Assembly (NCBI GenBank): GCA_964035545.1
Contig: OZ037768.1
Location: 1,892,741 to 1,956,740 of the forward strand
Length of the DNA stretch: 64,000 nucleotides
Direction of reading: 5' to 3'
DNA from: Bugula neritina
Lineage: Eukaryota; Animalia; Bryozoa
The position numbers were made by a program, and so were the translations under genes. Each line of letters starts with the position of its first letter. Positions within the stretch are counted from its first letter, which is position 1. Below, one piece after another: positions 53,241 to 64,000 of the stretch. The notes under the pieces were generated by a model, which had not been told where the DNA came from, searched no databases, and saw only the letters and a program-made list of their open reading frames with translations.

Positions 53241-56200
53241 TATGATACATATAATATACATATTATAGTGCATAACTTGCTTTAGTATGTTGATATGATA
53301 TATTAATATAACATATTGCTATAATATATTTATACAATATGTTATATCAATATATTATATTAGTGCAATGTAGTAATGCAATACAACAATATATTTTCGT
53401 ATCATCTAAGTTACCCAAACTCCAAGGGTTTATTGAAATAATAAGATTATTTTACCACCTGGAATGGTGTTATGCTATTCTTTATTACTATTTCTATTTG
53501 GTATCATTTTCTGCCACATTTATTCTGTGACTTATTTACTCTATTACATCTCATTATATGAATAAAACCTGATAGAATATATATACATGCACACAACTTT
53601 TTTCATTTCTCAGCCTAACTATACCCCCCACCCCCCTCCCTGTATGTTTTGCTCAGCAACTTCAATATTCAACTCAATACATGGGCTCTCTCCTGCTAGA
53701 GGTGGACTTTTTCTTGCTAGAGGTGGACTCTCTCTTGCCTGCTGTACTTTGAATTGGCAAATAGCAGCCGATACGATTTTTAGCCAGGGTTTCTATTTAT
53801 AGCCTAAATTCTGGTGTTTTAATTTACTCAAAAGTATCTAAAATGTACTGTAAAGAAGCGCTACAGTATCTTAATAAGACATAAGAAGGTCTAACTAATG
53901 TTCCTTTATTGTAATGGTTCTGTGGATTAGACTACTGTGTTGAGATTGGAACATTAATGAAACAGCGTAACCAAGTGGTTAACAGTATTTCTCAAAACTC
54001 TAAATACAAATTCAAGTGAAATACAACATCAAGTGTTACCACATTATACCTATTGCATATTCATAGGTACATAATCAACCAACGACAATCCCCCTAACAA
54101 TGACTAATTTATTATACACATCTCACACTGACTGACACATGAACTCTGTTATACAATGGTGAGTAGGCTGTGATGCCTTCATCAACTCTAGGAATAGCAT
54201 AATGTAGTTTGTCTTAGCAGCTGTTGACAGCATTGCGTCATTGGAGTGACCACACCTTAGGATGGTACTGTAGCGCCACGCCATTATAGCTCAAGTTATA
54301 TCAAACATAGACATAGCAGGGAGTATTTCAAGCTTTGGAAAAAATGAACAAGGTACATAGGCTAAAAAAGGTTGATATATTCAACTGGTTTACAAAATAA
54401 GTTTCGAATAATACTAATTAATATCAGGTATATATGATTTATATACATATACATACCTGATACATATTGAATTCTAGTCTGCATAAAATTTGCTAAGATT
54501 GTAAGAAATTATGAAAATTTTTTAATAAAAGTATGTAACATTGTTCTTGGAGGAATTACTTCTCCTTTGGCAACTGGACCTCTTCTAAACCTGGTATTCA
54601 TTAGATTGTTTACTTTTGATGTAAATGTAACTAGTTAAAACATAGCAGTTTAAGAAGCAGTTTAAATTAATTTAAGTTAGTTTTGGAATGAGTGGGTTTT
54701 AATTAAGTTTGTAAATTAGAAAAGCTTTAACCTGAGTAGAAAATTACCTTTGCTGAAGTTGGTACCACAAAGTTACCACAATAATTAGCAATAATAAATA
54801 TAATTATGTAAAGTATTTCTCAGTGGGTTGAATTAAGATCTTAGCCTTGAAAATTTGGTCTAATTTCTTGGCCGTCCTATTTATGAGTGTGTAATTATGC
54901 ATTCTTGCCAATTTATCTACTTGTTTTCATTTAGAACATTCTGTGGCTACGAGAACATAAAACTTGACAGCCAGCTAATCTGCCTATTTTTAAAGCTTGC
55001 TCTTGCTAGACTGGGTGCTTATAGAGTATAAGGGGGGATGCTGCTAGACCACCACTAATATAGGAGGTAGTACAGAACCACTACTAGTATAGGCACCACT
55101 ATATAGCTAGGTACTGGGCCACTGAATGCCTACAAAATAAACTCACTGGAGCTAGATGGCACAACTTTAGAGACCCCTTATGTTCCACACAGTAGGTAGA
55201 ATAAGGTATTCTCTAGCCTCGCTTCTAGCAGCTAGTTGCTCTTCAGAAAATGGAAACAACTCGTTATATATTCAAGCTTTGGATCAATAATTTTAAACTT
55301 GGGTCAGCAAACACTGAACGCACTGGAGTGTTCTTTGGGGACGAAGATTCTCAATGGATTTTGAGATGAGAGTTCAAGCCTGTGAAATAAGCACCATTCT
55401 AATTACCATGAATAGGGGTGGTCCTCCCCCCCCCCTTATCTTATAATACAAGGCTGGGGTCAACTCCCACTAATGGTTGTGTAAGTTTCTTCACAAAGGA
55501 GGGGCTGAGTTCATGTCTTGCCAACAGTGGACAGGATTAACTGAAGTAAATCTGTTTTAATTAAAAGCTCGTTTGGGAGGGAATGTAGGACATTTAATGT
55601 GATCTTTTTCTCCGCTGGTCGAATGCCTGTATGGTACACCTGTTCAAATGATACAATGTTACATTTTAATCTCCAACATCCAGACAAATGACTGTATAAA
55701 TATCCCATAAATCTGGTAGTATTTTTAGACGTTTGAAGTGTTTTGGAGCTGTTGAGTTTATTTACGGGGAAAGTTCATTTAAACATCAGGATCTGTCGTT
55801 CAAAAACCTGAAGATATCTAGCTGCTCATAGGTATATAGTAAACTTTGTTGTTTTGGCACATTAAGTAAGGAATTTGTGTTATTCTGTGCGGAGAGGTTG
55901 AAATATGATCTTCACAGCAACAACCTGATATTCTGGAATAATTGTATTCATATATCAAGCAGAATGCATCATAATAGATCTTCTCCAGAGATAACCTCAA
56001 TAGTATTATAGACTAGAATTCTTTACAAATATCACTTGTGTTTCTTGCTATTCACAACTTTCATAATAATAATAGTATATATAACAGAATTTAAATCAAA
56101 GAAAGTCAAAGAAACACAAATTATACACAATTCATTTGTTGAATATGTTGCACAACCCTTCACTTTTTACCTGATAATAAATAATTCAGTAAATTTTCTA

Positions 56201-59200
56201 TTATTTTGCATAGACACTACTTTAAATCACTTTTGGCTTCAATCTTGCAATACTTTTTATATGGTATTTATTGAATTTAAAAGTTTCCAAAACGAGCAAG
56301 AATTTGCCAACAATGGGTACTATAGCCTAAAACTGCAGACCATGTGATGGGTGGAGCAATTATTAGCGAATTATTCATATTTCTTATCACGAAGTCATCA
56401 AGAGGGGAAAGTGAGTTACAGTCTGACAAACTTCTACTGGAAAGTTTAAAAACTCAAGCTGAAATATCAAGTAGCTGGAAATGCATGGGAAGTCATGCAT
56501 AAGTACACAATATCATTTAGTGCAATCCAAGATGGCCGCTCAATGCAATTAATCTTTATAATTATAGTATCATATACTATTATGTAAGTCTAAAAATAGA
56601 ATGTAAAACCGATAAAAAGTATGAAAAATTGGAATAAGCCAAAACTTAGAGGTTCCCACCCAGATTTTAAAAGATATAATTGATTTGGATGTAGAAATCT
56701 GTTTTGTAGAGTGAAGTTTAGCACAGATAATATGAATATAATTGCTAATACAGAAACCTAAACAACTTATTGTGGCACAACTGACAAAATTTCTCAATAA
56801 TGGATCAACAAGTCATAGAAAGCAAGCACTTTAGTATTCAATGTAAAATCTGCAAGTGTTATTGTATATTATCTCATGCAATAGAAGTCAATGTAGAAGC
56901 AATATACTATTGTATATTTCAAGTGTGGAGCTCAGTGCATTGGTTATACCCTGATCACTATTATATTTACACTCTGTCAGTATCTATTATTTTATCATAA
57001 TCCCAGCTTAGCCTCAGTCCCATATTTCTGGCTATTTAAACAATAATGGATGAGTTATTTTCTTGTGGGATCAGTGAACTAAGTATAGCAGAGGCTGCTG
57101 GGAGAATATCTAGATTCTAGTGTATACAAAGCAGCAATGTGGTATAGGTATATGATCCTGTCTGTTGCTTAGATGTGCATTGTTTTGGAAACATCATGAT
57201 TAATTAATTAATTTATATAATTGACCTATATTACAGCTTCAGTATCAACAATTTATTCAACCAGCTACATGCATATTTCCTCTACTAAGTGAATTATGAC
57301 GAGTGTTTTGCTTACAACTTTTATTGCAAAATCTGAGCCAAATTTTGATTAAATTAAATAATGTTGGGTGTGACAGGAGAAAGCAAGTGAAGCATGATGT
57401 CTGGCTAACCACCCTGTCTCTCTCCTAGGGCCAACATAGCTAAGATCTCAAGCTAGACTAGGAGCTTACTATGAGTAAACAGCTCACGTTGTTCAGTCAG
57501 ATATAAATCTAATAGATGCAGCAACACAAGCGGTTTTAGTCACCCAAACAATAGTGCTCAGTTCTGTGGTTATGTGTACGGTACCATGTGGAACCTAGGA
57601 CGTTGGTCTTCCAGTCTACCGTTCATTAGCTGCGATAGGAAGCTAAAATAATCTTCTAAAGAGTATTTATAATCTTCCAACTTATTATGTTATATGCAAC
57701 CACGCCCTTATATTCCGCACTGCTCATTTCATCATTTCATTTTGATGTTTAAAGATGGAGTCGATAATTAAAATATTAAATATATTGTTTACGGTGTCCA
57801 GGGCGAATATTTGGCAACCATTGACATTGTGAATCTTATAGACTCATTCGTAATAACAGACGTTTCTGGTGAATCACCATATCAGCTAAAAGCGTAGGAC
57901 TCATCTCCCCTGTTTAATTCTCAATAATTAGTTTTTCTCATTTTGCAGGTGTTTAATGTTATAGATAGCCACATCAGAGGTAGAAGAAAAGCCCATCACA
58001 TCTGAGAAATATGAGCTGGTCATGTGTATAAGCATTATCTAGCATGATACTGGAGCACTGTGCACTAAAGCAAATAGCAATTGTACTCGGCTTCTCAAAT
58101 GCAATTAGATATGACTTTCTTTATAATCACTAATAATCAATTTTATTAAAAACTCAGCATATTATTTAAACACATCAACCAATTAACACTCACAATGCCC
58201 TGAATATAGAATAATAGAGGTTTTACTCAATTCAGATTCTTCTGTAAAATATCTTTACAAATTCATCTTCAACATCAAATGGCCGTAATCAGGCAATGGA
58301 GAGCCTATCCCTTATCACACTCAGTGGATTGCACCAAACTTTAGTTCAAGACTAATTGTATTTATGCTCATATTATGTTCTTATCTTTAGTTAAATTGAA
58401 ATTTCACAGATAATAGCAATTTTTATGAAGTTAACTTTGCAGGTGGCGTTCAAGTGTAGGTAGAAGAGCTACAAGAATCTTTTTATATGAAGAAACATGG
58501 CGGACATACAAAGGTGCTTACAGTGTATGCAGGTAGGTTACTTGAGCTTAGCCAACTAGATATAAATATAAACTGTAGAAAGGTGTGTGTCAGGTAGAGA
58601 TTTATTGAGCCACATTGGCGGAATTATTTCAATTTGAAAATTCATCAGAAAATTGATAAAATATAATAAATATAAAAATTTGTTAAAAATACTGATTGCA
58701 TTGCAACAGAACCTGGCCTGCTCTACCGAAGTTAGCAATAATTAAAAACAAAAATACTCTGTGCTTCATACTTTTAGGATCAAAGTGTGAAAAAATAGCT
58801 AAACTCACATAATCTAAGAGTTGCGTTTAAAAGATTGCTTTGAATTAAAAGTACTGACTGAGTCACTGAAAATTACTGGAGTTAGCTTTGTCAGGGGGGT
58901 GTGTCCAAGTAGACAGCGGGTCATTTGGTGCAAAAGTCCTGCCAGGCTTCACCTAAATCAGGCAGGTTGTCGAAAAATCTGCTATACATTCCAGAAGTAG
59001 TGTCTCCGTTACCAGTGGTGTAGTAGAGGGGATAGCTATCCTTGTTAGTGGCGCAGTTGTTAAAGATGGGGGTGAGGACCCTTGTTTATGGTGTAGTTGT
59101 CAAGGAGAGAGTGGCAATCCTCATTAGTAGTGTAGTTGTTAGTCTATACAAATATTTGTGCTTTGTCTAAGAGAGTAAATGAGTTGTATACACAGCGTGA

Positions 59201-59264
59201 CATGGACAAACCTGTAAACAACTGCAGCCACTTGTTCAGGGTGTGTTGACACTAGATATTTATC

Positions 59265-60212
59265 TTATACACTGATTGAGTGCCATACCCTTGACTTTCC
59301 ACATTGATCTCTCCACGTCACCTTCTGTACTTCAGTTAAACAAGGAATAGATGTGCACCTCTGTGGCTGCTTGCGAGCGGCCCGAGTTGGTGGTTCCAGA
59401 GACCGAGTGCTACGCGGAGGTAGGGAACATGGAGGACACGTCCTTCTCGAAGGGAGAGTGGCACGAGGTGGCAGTGCTGGGGGAGTGTCAGTTTTTCTAT
59501 AGCTGTCGGAATGTGATACTATATCAAAGTCATAATCATCATATATCTCTTCATAGATCGGGTCGTCCTTTTGAGCCCGTCTATCATTGCTACATTCAAG
59601 AGCTAAGTTGGTAATAAGGCTATCGTAGAGTCTAACTTTGCTACCAGCGTCCTGGTATTGTCCAATCTCCGTGAACAACTGATCTACTGGAGATTTTGTG
59701 TATTTATTATTTTTGTTATGTTTTTGAAGGCTTTTAGTTTTCTTCGTCTGTTGAGGAGAAGAAGTGGGAGTTGTACAACCTTTGTTGAGTTTCACCGAGG
59801 ATCGTACAGCGTGTGAAAGTTTATCTAAACTGGTTTCGTAGCCCAAACTCTCCAGGTCCGTGATGATGTTAATCATCGATTCTCTAACTCGCTGCAGTCG
59901 ACTATTACTTTCCCCAAGTGAGTTATAAGTTGGTTTACCAAGGCAGACATATTGGTCACTCTCGAGCTCGAAATACTCATTTTCGTTTCTTGTAGAGGGA
60001 AGAGGATGATGGTGAACAGACGAGAATATGTCGTCTATCTCACTCTCGGAACACCCGCTCTCGTACCCGGAAGAGAGAGTAGAGGTTGGAGAGAGACATG
60101 GGTTGTATTTAGAGGAAGTTGAAGTAGATGGGAAGAAGGTTGGCAAATCAGCAATGTTTCTTGCTCGTCGTCTTTCACTCATGTTGTGAGTTGTCTTTGG
60201 TTCATAAAGCAT
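59265..60212 (-). CDS. Uncharacterised Ser/Pro-rich protein (~305-315 aa), single coding exon
   Basis: Non-repetitive ORF of more than 900 nt with higher GC than its flanks. Acceptor ttttag at ~60229 and an upstream donor gtaagt at ~60448 suggest a 5'UTR intron. Start at ATG 60212 or 60182. Confidence 0.75.
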   Translation of the reverse strand: MLYEPKTTHNMSERRRARNIADLPTFFPSTSTSSKYNPCLSPTSTLSSGYESGCSESEIDDIFSSVHHHPLPSTRNENEYFELESDQYVCLGKPTYNSLGESNSRLQRVRESMINIITDLESLGYETSLDKLSHAVRSSVKLNKGCTTPTSSPQQTKKTKSLQKHNKNNKYTKSPVDQLFTEIGQYQDAGSKVRLYDSLITNLALECSNDRRAQKDDPIYEEIYDDYDFDIVSHSDSYRKTDTPPALPPRATLPSRRTCPPCSLPPRSTRSLEPPTRAARKQPQRCTSIPCLTEVQKVTWRDQCGKSRVWHSISV

Positions 60213-61379
60213 TACGTAAAGTAAGTTGTCTAAAATAAGAAAATATAGTCTTTTATTTTGAGAAATAGTGAACTTTAAAAGCATTTGTGTGCATCATATA
60301 CAACACAGCTACATGAAAAACAAAACTACATGTTATATCAGAGTATATCTTTAATAAAAGTACTACACACCCTAACAATTAAACAACTTTTACTGCATGC
60401 AAGCTACGGATAGTTTCTAGAGCATAAAAATATGTATAATATACTTACAGTTTGGATATTAAAATAGTTTTCAGCAGTGAAAATTGTGTTGAATGCAACA
60501 CTTGTCATACATATAACATTACTTGTCGTTTTTAAAAATATTTCTTAATGAATTGGTTTTGTTAAGCATGTTGTATTTATTAGCGATGCGAGGTTAGTAA
60601 ATGGGCGGAGATTAACATTCATCAACCAATAGAATGAAGGAATGGTGCATGCTTCATTGGCCGTTGTTGAAATAACGACACTCCAAGTTGGGATGATACA
60701 TTGAAAAGCAAATACGAAATGTAAATATTTGAACACGAAGACATGCTTGTTCAAAAGGAAAAATTAGCAGACTAACTACAAGTACCATTTTCCCATCTTT
60801 TTTTCAATTCATGACAACTTCGTGTGGTATTTCAGTGTTGAAATAATTGATTTCACTTGGAATAGTCAAGTTGCATTAGCAACTTCTACAATGTTGCTCT
60901 ATATCTAAATCTATTCTAGTTCTCAATCTACTGCCTGTAGGTAATATTATCTTTGTAAACTATTGACAAAGCTGCATGAGTCTTGTTTACTCTGTGGATA
61001 AAGTCAGCCTAATCAGGTAAGGCAGTTAAGTCAGCAAATGTTGATGTGATACATTACAGCTTAAGGTACTTATACCTTCACACACAGTAGAACAAGTGTA
61101 AATAACATGCCAATATGCCTGCACACTGACGACCCCCTTCTAAGCATTTATCTCTCACGGACATTCCTTAAACTGCTCGGCCATGTTGACTTAGACCAGG
61201 AGTTAGTATTGTGAAGACAACTTCTTAACTGATATACTAGAACATCAGTTTTGGAGCTAAGAAAGATGGCTTTCTTTTTTATTGCATGCCGGTAGAAGAA
61301 AGCTTAAAGCACCTTCTAACCCCAACATAACACGAATTTTTTTTAAAATCAATCAAAATGGTGTCAAAGTAGCCTATAA

Positions 61380-61530
61380 ATAGTACAGATAGTATATAGT
61401 GTAGTGTAGTGTAGTGTAGTATAGTATGGTGTAGTGTAGTGTAGTGTAGTGTAGTGTAGTGTAGTGTAGTATAGTATAGTGTAGTGTAATGTAGTATATA
61501 GCATAATGCAGTATAGTATATTGTAGTATA
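61380..61530. repeat. (GTAGT)n pentanucleotide microsatellite
   Basis: The same unit also occurs at 24823-24905. Confidence 0.9.
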
Positions 61531-64000
61531 TGTATATAATGTTATATGTCTTTAGTATATTATATTTAAAAAATATTTTCAGTTGTATACAACATATTCT
61601 GTTGTATACAACAAGTTTAATGTATATATTATATAACATGTTTATATAATATTACAGACTGCAAGTTCATATATAGTTAATAAAACTGAGTAAACTAATT
61701 AAGTAACAGCTTAGACTAAGAGATCCTCAAGTGCTTATCTTCAGGTTGTGAAGTACCCTTACCCACCCTTACCCATTCTTCAATAACCCATCCTTCTGCT
61801 TCAGTTTAGACAACAGATTTGCTAGCTCTCTAACAAGACTTTAGTGTATTCATGTTGTAAGTGATCACTGAAGTAAGAGTGTATTATTTTAGTTAAAACT
61901 TTATTATCATAAAACATTACAACGCATACCTGTATACACTTATAATACATTACCTATTATTAGTATAATCACATATATAACTATCAATTGGCGGTGGACA
62001 ATGGTTTATTATTCATATATATTTTATGTTGTAAACTAAATAACAATAGACATGCAGTAGTACATATAACTTCTATAATATAACTTCTAAATGCAAAAGT
62101 TGGTAATAGTGGCATAGATATAAGAAATTATACAGAATTATGAAAAATATAGTTAAAACATAGAACATAAATTAATTAGTATGGATAGAGAGGGTATGAA
62201 TTAAGTATGAATAAAGGGTAGATAATGTACAGATAGAAAATTACAGGCAAAGTATAGATAGAGTATAAATGGAAAATAGATGAAGTATAGATGGAGTATA
62301 GATGGAGTAGGATAGGTAAAGTATAGATAAAGTATAGATAGAGTATAGAAGGAGTGTAAAAGGAGTATAGATACATAGTCAACATAACCAAGTCCTAACC
62401 AACTATGGAGTAGTACAATGCAAGGAGATAAGACAAACTAATCAATATTTTGCTTCTCAAATATTCTAAATCAAAGCTGCCAGACATTAATTAATATTGT
62501 GCTTGTTTAACAAACTATAATTATTTCTTGAGTAACACAAGTGATGCAGCTGTTAGATGGCAGAGGAGCTAAACTTTTGCTATCAGCCAACGTGTGGAGA
62601 GCTTGTGTTGAAAATTTTCTAACATTTATAGGAAGTTTAGCTTGCCTTGTTGTTCCTAAATTGCCTAGTTATGCTGTTATACAGTATTATAGCAATGTGA
62701 GACTTTTATAAATATAATACTCCTATGTTATTTCTCTGTAGCTTCTCCATTTAGACTATGGTTTATACTAAGTATTGCAGAATGCTAACTAAACTCTTAC
62801 ACTTGGTTTGTTGACAACTTCTAAAGCATAATTTTATTTTCCAAATTTATACGATTTTCAAGCATTGGGCAAGTTTTAATACATGTCAGGGAAAAATAGT
62901 AGTAGAAAAGAGGGTAGTAGGAAAGAGGGTATAGTAGAAAAGAGGGTAGTAGAAAAGAGGGTTGTAGGAAGGAAGACAGATTGTTAGCAGGTAACACTTC
63001 TTCAAGATAGTAACTACATTCTACACTGTTCCAGCTGCGGCTATGTTGAAGCTTTATCCAGCTGACTAGCTATATAGCCAAGCTTTTGGAAAAGCCTGCC
63101 TACAACAGGGTAAATTCTTGCAGATATAAGATATGTATGTTTCTATAGTCTACACTGTATTTCTCAACTGTTAGGTGACATATATAGCTAGTTGAAGATA
63201 TTTATATCATGTCCTTTCTGTCCAGCTGCTCTGCAGCTAGTCATACATATTGATTTGAACCACTGTATTATTTTTAACTACAGAAAATGTTTATTTTTGA
63301 GCTACTTCTGTTTGTGTGACAAGGTGAGTAACATTATTTGTAATTGCAGTACAATTATGACACATTCAGTTTGTTCTAATAATTGGTGCCGTGATTAGTA
63401 TGATTTTTACTACCTATACTTGTAATATTTGTATTAAAATATGGCCACTCACATACAGGAAATCGTAGAAGTATCTAAAATATATTACAGATATAAAGCA
63501 TAGCCTTGCATCAACAAGGAGGCAGTAACACCTGGCAGTGTGTGATGAAGCAGTTGTAAGAACTCCCTGGGATGAAACTTCGTATCCTCTGAACTAAAAC
63601 TGTAAGTTCAATGTTTGTATCTCTCAAAGATATCTTTGAGGGTCAAGGTCATATACTCAGATGTGTACAGTATTATATAACTTGAATATTTTATTCAGTA
63701 CTTTCATAATGTAGCCTATATCAGCTCACAATGTTGGCACATATTTCTGCATTATGGAGTTGTCTGCCTTATTGCATCAGTTCGTTCTGATTAATTTAAA
63801 AGGAAGATAACTCTACTAAGAAAAACTGCAATATGACTCATCTCTAGTTAAGGTAATACTATTATAATGTACAATAATATATAGCTGTGAATATCTGCCA
63901 CAGATATAAAACATTTTTTAACAAACAGAAACTTGGAAATTTTGCTCAGTAGACATGTGACCTACAAACTATTGACCTGCTACAGGCAGCAAGTGGATCT

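Noticed and set aside
54000-58600. Additional gene between ZNF277 and the orphan ORF (e.g. exon-like 58443-58532)
   Set aside because: Isolated exon-like pieces with stops; cannot be supported without RNA or homology data.

Overview
AT-rich, intron-rich invertebrate animal DNA (not prokaryotic). Most six-frame ORFs are artefacts of introns and minisatellites. Spliced genes read by eye, in order: 3' part of RICTOR (+, stop 10758), ABHD8-like hydrolase (-), LSM7 (+), an F-box/WD40 gene (+), TSR2 (+), a Tctex1-domain dynein light chain (-), ZNF277 (+), and an unassigned ~305-315 aa motif-rich disordered protein (-). Mobile DNA: (i) a 3.5-kb PHIS/ISL2EU-like DNA transposon derivative at 17409-20894, with ~870-bp near-perfect inverted arms around a DDE-less transposase remnant; (ii) a tRNA-headed SINE with an 18-bp TSD. 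Three patterns deserve most follow-up. (1) Four non-alignable 450-670 bp tracts of drifting 6-nt units, each at the 5' end of a housekeeping gene and absent elsewhere. (2) Recurrent tandem duplications spanning exon-intron junctions in RICTOR, TSR2 and ZNF277. (3) The Mu-killer-like hairpin architecture of the transposon. All gene models are manual, and no database search was run.
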